From positions 49,715-113,714 of IMG/VR virus record IMGVR_UViG_3300042448_002155: a stretch of 64,000 bases of DNA. One strand, 5' to 3'. Under the pieces are notes generated by a model. It ran no database searches. It was not told the DNA's origin and saw only the letters and a program-made list of their open reading frames with translations. The position numbers were made by a program, and so were the translations under genes. Every line of letters starts with the position of its first letter. Position 1 is the first letter of the stretch. Positions 10,001-19,720 of this stretch are shown in pieces. The stretch is from a virus.

Positions 10001-13000
10001 TGATTCCGATATTCGGTAGGGGGCTGTGCTAAGTCTTGGATAAAGTGCTTTTTTGATTAATCCAGACTTTCCTACTTCTCCTATTCTTTGTGAGGTTCCA
10101 GTGACAAAAGGATCCAGTAAACCTTCAGCGCCCTTAAGAGTCTCTGCAGTGTTTCTTAACGCTCCTCTCTGTACTGCCAATTCGCTCAGTCCAGCTTTAT
10201 TTGCTCTCATGGAACTTATATTGAATAGCGTAGCGAGTCCGGCGGCTTGTGCTTCTGCTAGCTGGCCAGGTGGCAGTTCTTTAGCCATTGCGGTAAGAAC
10301 ATTGTTTAGCTCAATGAAAGTATTGGAGAAATTTTTTCCAGCTGCCCCAGCTGAGCTCGATGCTAGTAGCTCATTTCTTTGAATTAAATATTTATATAAC
10401 TCGTCCTTGAGTGCATCTTCTCTTGTTAAGATTGTCGGGCTTGTAGATCTAATATGAGATCCTGAAAGTAGGTCATCTTTTTGTAGCAGATTTTGGATCC
10501 TGCTACCCGCCTGCTCCAGCGTCTGAGTTTCGTATCCCATTTGTCTTATTCTTGAAGCGTCGTGAAACCTTGCCTGAAGAACGTCGTTAGCAAATTGCTG
10601 AGTATCTTGAACATTATTAAGAGAAGAAACTCTTCTACCATTAAATAATCCTATGCCAGAATCCTCAAGGCGCGTCATTACTCTTCTTGGGAATGGATTT
10701 TTGAAGGATTGATTTCTGAAGTTTTCAAATGCACGCAACATTTGGCCTTCAGTAATCATTTCCTGTCCAGTGCCGGGAGATATACCTGTAACTGCGCCAG
10801 TATCATCTGCGAAGTTTAATTTGAACTGCTTACCCTTGGCTTCGACTGTTTCATTCTTAAGAAGACGCGCAAAAAAGGCTGGGTTTTCTGGATCAGTTTT
10901 TCTTTTTGCAAATCTTGACAACATGCGCCCAATTGAATTGGGTTGCTCATAATCAACGTCAAACTTCTGCCTGAGGGCCAGTTCTCTTTCTGGACTAACT
11001 CCAAGCCTCTTTAATAGATTTGATCTATTTTTACCATCAGCAAATTCTAATTCATTAAGCGATTTAGCCTTACCCTCTGAGGCTGCGTTTCTAGCAGACC
11101 TTGAGAGCATTTCGTTACTTCTTCTTGAGAGTGGCCTATAAAAACCTTGTAGTTCTTTTGCTTCGAATTCACCCGTAAGCGATCCCTGCTTAAAAGCCAT
11201 TACATTGCTTTTACTTTTACCTCCACCATATGATAGATAAAAATCTGCGCCTTGTTCTCCCTTGGGAAGGAATGGTTGAGATATCTTGCCCTGTTGTATT
11301 TGAAAAAATGTACTTCCTGACATTTCATCAAATGAACCCTTTCCAAGCATTCGTGCTGGGTTGAAGTTGACTATGGGAATTTTTAAATCATTAGCTAAAA
11401 AGTTACCAATGTTTGATACAGATTGTTTTAGTCCAGAAAAATCTAATACATTTCCAGATCGAGTAGTGTACATACCTTTCATTACGGAAACGCTAGATGA
11501 TGTAGTGGTCGGGTCTGCTAACGCCATCCTCTTAGAGATTTCACCAAGTGCGACTCGTTCGTCTGCCCCAAGCCCCGCAAACAGACCTTTGCTAACTCCT
11601 TCATCTAGGGTCATAGCTTTTAGTCCGAATACATTAAAGCCACCACTAAATATACCCGTACCTATTTGTTTTTCTCTAACTAAGAAACTTCTTAGGCTGT
11701 CTAAATTGTCGGTATCTAAACCTCTTTTTCCTAACCTTTCAGCCAGTACTGCATTAGATACTTCTCTGCCGTTTGCATCTTTTAGATTAATGCCTAATCT
11801 CTGTGCTGATCTTTTAATTAAAAAATCTTTTTTAGAAACTGATAAATTATTTAAATCTGCAAAGTCTTCAAAGTTTGCTTTTTTAGTTTTTAGAACTTTT
11901 GACGCTGCTCGAGGAATTCCATTCTCTAGTACAGAGTTCCATCCCTTTTCTGCCTTTGACATTATCGCGGCTTGAAATTCTTTTCCTTCAAATATTCTAT
12001 TAGTATTTTCTATAGATGTTTTCAGGGCGTCCGTACTAAGAAAGCCTCCCTCAATCGGATCATCTACTGTTGTTGAAAATCTTTTTAATATTTCATCAAA
12101 AGCGTCGTCGCCCTCTTTTATGATTTTAGTTTTGCCAATAGTTATTTTTCTGCTAGTTTCCGTAGCTGAACTACTAACACTTATATCATCTATGAATTTT
12201 CCTAACGTTTCAGAAAATCCCTGTCGGCTAGAGTTAGGTGTTAAATCTAATATTTGCTTTTGAAGTAGCTTCTTATATTCTACCTGCTCTATTGATCTAT
12301 GGAATTCTGAACCACTAAACGACTTACTTCCAACTCCTCCGCCTCCAGTATTAGCTATCTTATTAGCTAGCCTAGATGTACCGCTAGAAAAGTTTGCTTG
12401 CACAGACTTAACTATGCCGACTAGGTCATCGGATGTCATTCCATCTTTACGTAGTGCCCCGCCCTTACGTAGTGCTGCATCAAAGCTTAACGCTTTATTT
12501 ACTACGTCATATCCAATTCCAGTTTCTTTGAATTTGTTTACACCCTGATTGACTGCTCCGCCGACTCCCCTTAGTCCGGGTATTAGATCTACATAACCAA
12601 AATTACCATCTGCCCCATCACCAAACGCTAACCTTCGACCAAATATAGCAGCCCTCTTTAAGGTATTATCATCTGCAGAGTTCGCTAAAGCCTGTCTAGC
12701 GTTGGTATTTCTTACGCTATGCAGGACTTCAGTTATGTTTGGACGGTTTTCGTAATACTTAGTCGTTGCTGCTCTAATGCCCGCTGAGGTTTGAGAGGAA
12801 ACTTTTAAAGCCTGGTTTGTTATTTTACCTAAGTCATGACCTACTTCTCCAAGAATATCATCTAAGTCAGTGAATCGCTGAGCTGCTTTTGTCTTAAAGG
12901 AACTAACCCCAGACGACCTTGCAACGTCTCCCATTGATTGCCTGAAGTTATGAAGAGATGATCTTGCATTGCCTGCTGCTGCCCCAGCTAACTCAAATGG

Positions 13001-13720
13001 CAGGATCATAGTAGCTAAAGCTATTGATGATTCTTTAATAAAATCTGTAACAACATCTACTGGATTGTACCAATTAACCTTAGGCTTATCTTCTCTTCCT
13101 CCAAAAATTGGATCCACTAAGGCTTTTTGTCCAACATACAATGCTGGCAGTTCGTATGGCATTCGTCTTGCGGACGCAACCATTCTGGTCTGAATGGAGT
13201 CTCTACGCGCCCAGATTGCTGCTGGCTCATTTTCAATGCCTTTGCCCGCCTGATTGAGTTCTGCGGTAGTGAAATAATCACCCTTATCAGTCAACTTTGT
13301 TTGACCTGCGGTTAACCTGCCATTGCTTTCAAAAACTAGATTACTATATGGGTCTAGCTGATCTGGATCCGCTCCGTCTATGGCTCTATTGACGCCACCT
13401 AGTTGGTCCATCTCTTTTCTGAGGCCAGTAAGACTTTTTACTGTCCTTGAAGAGAAACCTTCTGGATTAATGGAAGCCTGATCCTGAAGGGTTTTAGCTA
13501 GCTTCAGTCCACCTTCTCTAGTGATCTTACTAAGGACAAACATGGCGCCTAAAGTGGCTGCGCTCGTTGCAAAGAACCTTAGTACTGGATGGCCATTTAA
13601 GGCCTTGCTTACAAAGCCAGAGTTAGGAGCGTCACCTCGCTCCTCATCATTCATTGTCGGTAGGTCTCTAGACGTTACATTATAACCTAAGTTTTGTATG
13701 GGTCCTGGATCTCTTACCAC
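7097..13720 (-). CDS. Tape-measure-like large virion protein (2207 aa)
   Basis: Very long, directly downstream of two tail-chaperone-like genes, rich in Ala/Gly/Ser/Lys, with hydrophobic patches. Confidence 0.6.
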   Translation of the reverse strand: MVRDPGPIQNLGYNVTSRDLPTMNDEERGDAPNSGFVSKALNGHPVLRFFATSAATLGAMFVLSKITREGGLKLAKTLQDQASINPEGFSSRTVKSLTGLRKEMDQLGGVNRAIDGADPDQLDPYSNLVFESNGRLTAGQTKLTDKGDYFTTAELNQAGKGIENEPAAIWARRDSIQTRMVASARRMPYELPALYVGQKALVDPIFGGREDKPKVNWYNPVDVVTDFIKESSIALATMILPFELAGAAAGNARSSLHNFRQSMGDVARSSGVSSFKTKAAQRFTDLDDILGEVGHDLGKITNQALKVSSQTSAGIRAATTKYYENRPNITEVLHSVRNTNARQALANSADDNTLKRAAIFGRRLAFGDGADGNFGYVDLIPGLRGVGGAVNQGVNKFKETGIGYDVVNKALSFDAALRKGGALRKDGMTSDDLVGIVKSVQANFSSGTSRLANKIANTGGGGVGSKSFSGSEFHRSIEQVEYKKLLQKQILDLTPNSSRQGFSETLGKFIDDISVSSSATETSRKITIGKTKIIKEGDDAFDEILKRFSTTVDDPIEGGFLSTDALKTSIENTNRIFEGKEFQAAIMSKAEKGWNSVLENGIPRAASKVLKTKKANFEDFADLNNLSVSKKDFLIKRSAQRLGINLKDANGREVSNAVLAERLGKRGLDTDNLDSLRSFLVREKQIGTGIFSGGFNVFGLKAMTLDEGVSKGLFAGLGADERVALGEISKRMALADPTTTSSSVSVMKGMYTTRSGNVLDFSGLKQSVSNIGNFLANDLKIPIVNFNPARMLGKGSFDEMSGSTFFQIQQGKISQPFLPKGEQGADFYLSYGGGKSKSNVMAFKQGSLTGEFEAKELQGFYRPLSRRSNEMLSRSARNAASEGKAKSLNELEFADGKNRSNLLKRLGVSPERELALRQKFDVDYEQPNSIGRMLSRFAKRKTDPENPAFFARLLKNETVEAKGKQFKLNFADDTGAVTGISPGTGQEMITEGQMLRAFENFRNQSFKNPFPRRVMTRLEDSGIGLFNGRRVSSLNNVQDTQQFANDVLQARFHDASRIRQMGYETQTLEQAGSRIQNLLQKDDLLSGSHIRSTSPTILTREDALKDELYKYLIQRNELLASSSAGAAGKNFSNTFIELNNVLTAMAKELPPGQLAEAQAAGLATLFNISSMRANKAGLSELAVQRGALRNTAETLKGAEGLLDPFVTGTSQRIGEVGKSGLIKKALYPRLSTAPYRISESSSDALGSAMGPATDTLLVPTFGTVFAKNPYGAVKSALGINTYSSVESYSSASTAMSHSIERLNKYFGTIGLQLNVSQYGSPIGLFTSGMVGKRVLPLYGAGLGVMTVDRTIGGMVNEKDDRGERVYSPFFIGGAAKAVGNLQALGSGITPGGMNFQEKKEQLFEGEVAIRQGRFWPLGNTPFMGGKIMYYRPSIYRKLEAGAMFTSDNMGSPIERALFHTDISPLRPFDPYRYERKHFEDRPYPVSGEYFSGPFGPLVPALNATVGKILKPQTMMHQQEVAAGLANYAPAGQSGAYNADPYINGRGGVFGGMGGVAGGMTMGGFGGPPNGAQASSNAMLAGRAGSLNTARNETRNTISGINNQYMQMAYGPPKVSGIMPQRIVPAGSPLSVGNPQIQAQEFGYRAQEMLGIYGFAASSVRESFGLGQRDFAPQRSVLQSASKAYGTGRQFWDLNLGGLGDVPMLGGGQIGSIEFSEITRRFIPKERSGVDYINPIKNTMGRQYPFLPGSEYFTDFTTGDPFAKVPEGELRLPGVAYERLNRLSSDASGRYGVMDQYKILGDVAPYSKQFRSLDKTIDSMVNGPADKLKVQELRERSASLQQKKEFTEYKYKNSTPEQMGVNPNVHALGRMGEMLAHKDTFINKKFVNKQTATEDWERNNVYGATFPEWQRPFESFIAPMINKAGNRDPISATAALAVAGSFFGETSKGKLVMSTLGAITGLTVSSLHSANEAITGEKFIPRTRKKELALEEYADILNYTKNTRLAKMANMAGDKGAAFQYESAAKRTMYGAPIEDINSGKYGTDVESLSLSIPKRKREHFKAMINAPVEERKRILDTAGRLERRIYEAAWGMDVEKRPELTDYFARHELPDESWEGWHPNTSMDQVKIKIGQSMGLEMSQMGYYPQQLQEASLSNPSYPRFGGGSGSQTDTASRLRSLMSGMGVSGSVIPVMNPFGSEQIDINAGVR

Positions 13721-13734
13721 GTTTTTTCCTTAGT

Positions 13735-14364
13735 TCAGCCTGAACCCCACAGCTTTTGAGCAATGGGGTCTTGATAAGCTGCTTCTCCTTCTTTCTTAGA
13801 AAGATTATGACGAGCAGCTGAAACTTTTTGTTTTTGCACTTCTTCTTCAGGATCAATTAATTGAAGCGTTAAATTGGTTGCTTCCATGCCGTTCATGTTT
13901 TGCTTTATTTCAATTATTTTTTCTGAAAGAGCTACATTTTCAGCTAATTCAGAGAATGTCATATTCTCTAAATCATCTGGAGTATATGTAGATATAGTAG
14001 CGAGAACAAAGGCTTTCATTAAATTCTTAACTTCTGTAGCTTGATATCTTTTTTCTTCAAGAACGCTTTTAGCTAAGGATACGGTAAAGAAACCTGATAT
14101 ATCTAATATCTCTTGAGACAATGAAGAAACTGCCCCAGGAGGTATTGACATTAGGTCAAAATCTTCTGGATGGATAATAGCGTATGACAAGATTAAGTCT
14201 TCCATATCTGCGGAAGAAAAACCATCCAAACCTTGTAGGTATAATATTTTATTATATTCTTTAAAGGTTAGTTCTCTAAAAACTAAAGATTGACCTTTAA
14301 CGTCAACGCTGTAGATATTTCCATATTTACTTTTTAAAGTAAATACTAACTCTGGATCTATCAT
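13735..14364 (-). CDS. Tail assembly chaperone-like protein 2
   Basis: LKSKYGNIY...VFRELTFKEY motif; position before the tape-measure-like gene; paralogous to 14368-14922. Confidence 0.6.
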   Translation of the reverse strand: MIDPELVFTLKSKYGNIYSVDVKGQSLVFRELTFKEYNKILYLQGLDGFSSADMEDLILSYAIIHPEDFDLMSIPPGAVSSLSQEILDISGFFTVSLAKSVLEEKRYQATEVKNLMKAFVLATISTYTPDDLENMTFSELAENVALSEKIIEIKQNMNGMEATNLTLQLIDPEEEVQKQKVSAARHNLSKKEGEAAYQDPIAQKLWGSG

Positions 14365-14367
14365 ATG

Positions 14368-14922
14368 TTACAGCTGTCTTACCTCTAGCGCCACGAAGCC
14401 TGAAGCCTCTAGTACCTCTTGAGCAATCAGGGATGGAAGGCCAGCCATAAATCCAACAGCGTTGTTCTTATCAAACTTTGGATAAAGCATACACAGTTCA
14501 GATATGGTCTCTTCATTCCAGAGATTAGCTTCTGCTGTGGTTAATTGTCCTGCCTGAACTAACTGTTCCATTTTTTTAACAATCTGCTTATATTCAGCGC
14601 GATTCAAAACTCTCCACACGATATGCTTATCGTAGGTAATGGAAGTGACATAGATATCGCCGTACTGCTTTTTCCAGTCTTTGACTGTGCCAGCTAATGG
14701 CCCACCATTCCAGATTGCTTCTTCGTCCGGAACATCTTCTATATCTTGATAATCAACATTTACTTCTGGATCTTCTGTGTCTTCTAAGCCGGTAGAATAT
14801 CCCGATAAAAGGTCACTTGCCTTTGGGTCATCCGATAACTCTAAGTCTACAGTAGTAGTTTCAAAGTCTTCTCCAGATTCAATATCTAAATTTTTAATAA
14901 CAACTTTTCTCTTGGAATCCAT
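14368..14922 (-). CDS. Tail assembly chaperone-like protein 1
   Basis: WKKQYGDIY...VWRVLNRAEY motif; position after the tube genes. Confidence 0.6.
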   Translation of the reverse strand: MDSKRKVVIKNLDIESGEDFETTTVDLELSDDPKASDLLSGYSTGLEDTEDPEVNVDYQDIEDVPDEEAIWNGGPLAGTVKDWKKQYGDIYVTSITYDKHIVWRVLNRAEYKQIVKKMEQLVQAGQLTTAEANLWNEETISELCMLYPKFDKNNAVGFMAGLPSLIAQEVLEASGFVALEVRQL

Positions 14923-14950
14923 AATTACTCTCTTTCATTTCAATTAATTC

Positions 14951-14979
14951 ATTATATCATATAATACTTATTTGAGCAA
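14951..14979 (-). promoter_or_regulatory. Sigma70/SigA-type promoter
   Basis: Minus strand TTGCTC-17 nt-TATAAT with extended -10 TG, about 30 nt upstream of ATG 14922. Confidence 0.6.
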
Positions 14980-15023
14980 GCGCTTTAAGAGGTTAAAAAC
15001 TGAGTCGTATTCCTTATTGACTC

Positions 15024-15959
15024 CTACCCTCTCTGTAAATTGCCCACTGTAGATGTCGTTGTTGCCGCAGCTGCAGCTGCTTCTGCTGTTGCAGAAAGGT
15101 TAGAGGCTACGCCAGACTTAATGAACGAAAGGTCACCTTCAGTGAAATAGTGATCTCTTGCCATGAATTGGTAGCTTTCGCCAATAGGTTGACCACCCGG
15201 CCCGTATGCTATTGACATATTTGTCAAATTTATTTCCTGTATCACTATTTTCATGGGATTGACAATTCCATCTGACTTGATAGTTCTTTGGTTGACGTCA
15301 GAAATCATCATTCTGTCTATATTGTCGGAAATATTAATATCTTCAGATTGATATAAATTTAATGGAGACAATGCTACTTCTTCCAACCCATATACTATAA
15401 TTAAATTAAATGGTGGATGAGCGCTAAAAATATTTCTATTGGAATTTTCTATATTCTTAGCGAAGGGATCATCTGTTATTCTGTCAAGCTGACCTCTAGC
15501 CCAATACTTCTCTACTAACTTTTCTTCTTCTTCTGTTTCAAAACTAGATCTTAAATCAGATATCGTTCCATTAGTTGAACGGTTTTTTCTTTCTGTGCGA
15601 GCCCTAACAGCGGCTGCTTTTTCTAAAAGCTCTGTCATTCGTCTCGGATACTTAGAAAACATTGTCATTTCTCCGGTAATAATTCTAGTACCGTACATCA
15701 TGGCATCATAGTTATAGGACCAGAATCCATATAGCGGCTGCTTTTCTTGTCTTACGTTAAAGGCAAAGCTGGCAATATCTAGTTCATCTTCAGGAGAGAA
15801 TAATCCGTCTATATATATTCGGATATCTTCTCCGCTGAAATAATAATCATAATAATTACTAAAGCGTAGATCGTCCTTTTTACCACCGCTCCACAAGGAG
15901 TCTATTGTTTCATGGAGAGGATCGTACTCTCTCATGTTATTTGTGTTTCTAATTGTCAT
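15024..15959 (-). CDS. Tail tube-like protein (tube initiator/baseplate hub paralog)
   Basis: YFSGEDI...QEKQPLYGFWS...GTRIITGEM, similar to the adjacent tube proteins. Confidence 0.6.
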   Translation of the reverse strand: MTIRNTNNMREYDPLHETIDSLWSGGKKDDLRFSNYYDYYFSGEDIRIYIDGLFSPEDELDIASFAFNVRQEKQPLYGFWSYNYDAMMYGTRIITGEMTMFSKYPRRMTELLEKAAAVRARTERKNRSTNGTISDLRSSFETEEEEKLVEKYWARGQLDRITDDPFAKNIENSNRNIFSAHPPFNLIIVYGLEEVALSPLNLYQSEDINISDNIDRMMISDVNQRTIKSDGIVNPMKIVIQEINLTNMSIAYGPGGQPIGESYQFMARDHYFTEGDLSFIKSGVASNLSATAEAAAAAATTTSTVGNLQRG

Positions 15960-16741
15960 GCTGGAGGCTTCACCTGAGTTGTATTATTTTCGTTCTTTTT
16001 AGGATTATATTTCTTTTCATAGTATTCTTCTTCATTCAAGGAAGCTAGCTCTTCCACTATAAGATCGCCAAATATATTTGAACCAATATTTAAATCTCTT
16101 GATTTCATTGCCTGTGTATATGTCGGATCAGTGGGCACTAAACTATCATTCGGCATCTTGATAAGTGGCTGGATTCCTCTTGCCATATATGTATATGTCT
16201 GCTCTGTTATCAAGTCATCTATGGATAATGTTTGACCTTCGTCAACTATAGTAACTCCAAAAATTTTCATCTTAGCCCCAATTCCATATTCATTAAAAAA
16301 TGTAATGACAATATCAAATGGTGGCAACATATCTGCAAGCGGAGCAAAAAAGCCTTGCTTCCTGGCTAGGTATTCTCTAAACTGCTTTATTCTGTAGAAA
16401 GCATACTCATTAAAAACGGTAAATATTAAACTTCCAGCAATAGTTCTTCCACCCTTAACAAAACCCCTGACATTTACATGGCCCAATGTTCTTATGGGGG
16501 AGTTCTCTCTGTGTATCGAGTATGAAATTGTTTGAAGTTCTCCAAGCGTTATTATGTCGCCCTGTGCTTCAACGTTGCCTGTTTTACCTATCACTGGAAC
16601 TATCATAGTCGCTACTGCGTCTGCTCCAGAGAAGGACATATTTGACATGTATTTATCAAAGTCGAATAAGTCAGTACCAGCGTTTTCTTTATTCTCTTCT
16701 TTTTTTGTCAACTTAAAAGGGAATGTTTGCCCTCGTGTCAT
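15956..16741 (-). CDS. Tail tube-like protein paralog
   Basis: SFSGAD, LQTISYSIHRE, RTIAGSLIFTVF, LPPFDIVITFFNEYG shared with 16814-17476. Confidence 0.7.
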   Translation of the reverse strand: MTRGQTFPFKLTKKEENKENAGTDLFDFDKYMSNMSFSGADAVATMIVPVIGKTGNVEAQGDIITLGELQTISYSIHRENSPIRTLGHVNVRGFVKGGRTIAGSLIFTVFNEYAFYRIKQFREYLARKQGFFAPLADMLPPFDIVITFFNEYGIGAKMKIFGVTIVDEGQTLSIDDLITEQTYTYMARGIQPLIKMPNDSLVPTDPTYTQAMKSRDLNIGSNIFGDLIVEELASLNEEEYYEKKYNPKKNENNTTQVKPPA

Positions 16742-16752
16742 ATGTTTCTCCT

Positions 16753-16794
16753 AAAAATAAAAAGGTGCATGGAAGAAGCCTCCCATGCACCTTT
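16753..16794 (-). terminator. Intrinsic terminator after the tail tube gene
   Basis: AAAGGTGCATGG/CCATGCACCTTT inverted repeat followed by a U-rich tract on the minus strand. Confidence 0.75.
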
Positions 16795-16813
16795 CACATA
16801 AAATTACACTCTA

Positions 16814-17476
16814 TCAGGGTCTGATAATTGTGGTGTTCAATCCTTCAGGCGGAATGCCTACCAGATTAGTCGGATCGACAAGAGTATCATTTCTGATGAC
16901 ATACATGGGACCAAGCTCACGAGCTACATAGGTCATTGTTTCTTCAATAACGATATCGTCCATTGATGCGCCCGAACCTTCGTTCAAAAGTTCGCAACCA
17001 TAGATTGATCTTACTGCAGCTTGACCGTATTCGTTAGCAAAAGTCACGGTAATGTCAAATGGCGGAATCTGATCAGCGTAGTAAGGAACTTTTCTTACGA
17101 CGCCAGTCTTCTGCTCGTTGACATCAGCAATACCTCGTCTGTGACCATTGTCGCCAGGTAATGTATTGTGGCTTCTTGTGTAGAAGTCCATGGGTCTGTT
17201 TTGTGTATAGTTTTGTTCCAACATCTTATAAAGCGCGGGACGATCAAACACTGTAAAGATTAAAGAGCCAGCTATTCCTCTTTTGCCTCTTGAGAAAGAG
17301 CGAGGATTAGGTGAACCCATAGTATAGATTGGAGCCTTTTCTCTAGTGACAGAGAACGTAATGCCTGATAAGGCACCGATCTCTACTCCACCAAATGTGG
17401 CTACAATGTCCGCTCCTGAGAACGTGGTGTAAGTATTGAGATACTTATTAACTGATGTATATTCTTCTGCTGCCAT
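16814..17476 (-). CDS. Major tail tube protein
   Basis: TFSGADIVATF...TREKAPIYTMGS...RGKRGIAGSLIF; directly after the sheath gene and followed by a terminator. Confidence 0.75.
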   Translation of the reverse strand: MAAEEYTSVNKYLNTYTTFSGADIVATFGGVEIGALSGITFSVTREKAPIYTMGSPNPRSFSRGKRGIAGSLIFTVFDRPALYKMLEQNYTQNRPMDFYTRSHNTLPGDNGHRRGIADVNEQKTGVVRKVPYYADQIPPFDITVTFANEYGQAAVRSIYGCELLNEGSGASMDDIVIEETMTYVARELGPMYVIRNDTLVDPTNLVGIPPEGLNTTIIRP

Positions 17477-17502
17477 TTAAGTTACCCTCCTAGTCGGTAA
17501 AT

Positions 17503-18741
17503 TTATAGACTAATGGCCACTCTGACTTCGATCTCTTTGAGTTCGAAGGCAGGTGTTAAAATAAGGTCTACAACCGCCTTGTTTTCGTTCGGGATATAAG
17601 AGACCGTGAAGTCACTACCGAGCAAGGCTCCTACTATTTGCATACCTCTCAAGCCAGAAGTAATTGCTGTTTCCATCGAATTTCTTGTTTGAATATTTGA
17701 TGGCTCACCAACGAATCTCTGGCAGGCTTGTCTAACAACTGAAGTAGCATCGTTGATGATTCTCTTGGTTGATAGTCGAGTGTAATCTGATGTGGACCAT
17801 GCAAAGGTTAGTCCATCTCCGAATACTGGGATCTTGTTAAAGTTAATAACAACAGTGTTAATACCCTTAGCTGATAAAGCTGTTTGCTGTGTTCTCGTAG
17901 GCGAGTATCTTACTGATTCAACATTATAAACAGCCTTGTTAACGATTGAGCTGTACGAAGGCAATATGCTCATTGTAGCAGCGAGGTGTGCTGCGCCGTT
18001 TGCATAGCCAAAGTCAGTTGTTCCAGAAACGTAATTAACTGGCTTGATTTCTGCAGCAACGACGACTACATACGGTCCAGTCTCCTTCAACAGGTCGCTG
18101 GCGTCTCTGTCGGGAAGATTGGTAAGAGCCAAATGCGTGTTTGTGTTTCCTGGAGTCATCGTTTCCGAAGCTCCATTGTAAGACTTGACGCCCATAACTG
18201 CTATGCAAGGATTAATATTTTCCGAAATATCTTTAACTTTTACCGAAACCTTATATGCCCAGTTATAGTCTACAGTAGCAGAGTTATCTGCGTAGAAGGC
18301 ACGGGTTGAGTCATCGGGTGAATCCGGCGTTGCTGCCCATTCGCTAGGGCGACCACCACGACCCCAAGGGACAATAATGTCTGGGATGCATGATTCTGCT
18401 GCAATAAAAATATCATTAAAAATGTCTACTCCGCCACTGGTGACGGCACCGGTAGCTGGGACAAATGTGGTATTGCTTGGCAACGGGACGATATAAATTC
18501 TTCCCGCTCCACCAATAATAAGCTCAAGAAACGCTCTGTGTGCATCTGAGCCATTACCAAAAGCTGTGATAACGTCTGCTTCATTGGAGGCCCGGACAAC
18601 ATCAAGATCTGATATTCCACCAGTTCCACTAGCTGTACTCCGCTTTGCTATTGCAACAATTCTAGGACCAGCTGGCGTGTCCTGACGTGAGACGCTATAA
18701 AAGCGATCTCTGATTAAAGTTCTTACTCCAGGTATAGCCAT
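17503..18741 (-). CDS. Tail sheath protein
   Basis: N-terminal MAIPGV; C-terminal sheath-like segment DYTRLSTKRII...FVGEP...LTPAFELKEIEV; precedes the tube gene. Confidence 0.8.
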   Translation of the reverse strand: MAIPGVRTLIRDRFYSVSRQDTPAGPRIVAIAKRSTASGTGGISDLDVVRASNEADVITAFGNGSDAHRAFLELIIGGAGRIYIVPLPSNTTFVPATGAVTSGGVDIFNDIFIAAESCIPDIIVPWGRGGRPSEWAATPDSPDDSTRAFYADNSATVDYNWAYKVSVKVKDISENINPCIAVMGVKSYNGASETMTPGNTNTHLALTNLPDRDASDLLKETGPYVVVVAAEIKPVNYVSGTTDFGYANGAAHLAATMSILPSYSSIVNKAVYNVESVRYSPTRTQQTALSAKGINTVVINFNKIPVFGDGLTFAWSTSDYTRLSTKRIINDATSVVRQACQRFVGEPSNIQTRNSMETAITSGLRGMQIVGALLGSDFTVSYIPNENKAVVDLILTPAFELKEIEVRVAISL

Positions 18742-18855
18742 TTTATTTTTTATCCTCCAAATTTCAAAACTCTATTTGAATCTTTCTTTATAGTAACACA
18801 TAACTTATAAAAACAACTACAAACTTAATTTTGGCAGAGATTAATATATACCATA

Positions 18856-19719
18856 TTAGATATTGGGTGTTGCACCCTGGAAAAGGTCTATTATATTCAC
18901 TTCTGTTCCAGCGTAGTTTGGTGTTGCTAGTTGATTCCTAATAAGATCTTTTTCATAGGCCATCCATGTTCTTGCGTCAACGACAATTTTTTCAATTCTA
19001 TTATTAGCTATTGCAAACGTTTTTTCAGTAGTTAACATATATGTGACGGTTCTTTTGTGTATATCCTTGCCGTCTCTGTTTATTTCTGAATCTGATAATC
19101 TTCTAGAATATACTAATTCAGATGCGCCTGCGGCTTTAAAAATTGAAGTATATTCCAGCATAAAGTCTTCAAAAGCTTCCATGACCTGATCACATAAAAC
19201 CGCTGCGTCAAGATCATCTCTGGTTGTCGTACTATTTGCCCCTTGGAAAGTTCCGACCTTACTCATGACCGTAAAACCTACGACGTTTTGGAATTTCTGA
19301 CCATAGATTGTTACCGAATTAGAAAGTACATTTTGACGCATTCTTGGCTTTGGCTCTGTGGTGTGGGATTTTCTTAGCTCTAAATGATAACCAATTATTG
19401 CTGGAAAGTCATCTAGTCCAACACTCGTAGAAGACGGGGCTGATGAAAGATCTCTTGTGGAGTTTTCAATACCTCCAGAGTCACTATACGTGACGGATGA
19501 TTCTCTATTTATACTTAATGGCAGTATTGGTATTGTTGGATAGCTTTCTTCCCATATTTTTTTAACTAAACTAACAAACTCTAGGTAATTTAGATTTCCA
19601 GTGTATACCTCTTCGATTCCATCGCTATCTAACCTGCGATAGCCAGGAGCCTGTAGAGCCGGTAAACCGTATCTTGCATTTTCAGAAAAGTGAGGAAAAT
19701 CTCTATTTAAATAACTCAT
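18856..19719 (-). CDS. Neck/tail-terminator-like structural protein
   Basis: Position between the head-joining genes and the sheath gene. Confidence 0.45.
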   Translation of the reverse strand: MSYLNRDFPHFSENARYGLPALQAPGYRRLDSDGIEEVYTGNLNYLEFVSLVKKIWEESYPTIPILPLSINRESSVTYSDSGGIENSTRDLSSAPSSTSVGLDDFPAIIGYHLELRKSHTTEPKPRMRQNVLSNSVTIYGQKFQNVVGFTVMSKVGTFQGANSTTTRDDLDAAVLCDQVMEAFEDFMLEYTSIFKAAGASELVYSRRLSDSEINRDGKDIHKRTVTYMLTTEKTFAIANNRIEKIVVDARTWMAYEKDLIRNQLATPNYAGTEVNIIDLFQGATPNI

Positions 19720-19720
19720 A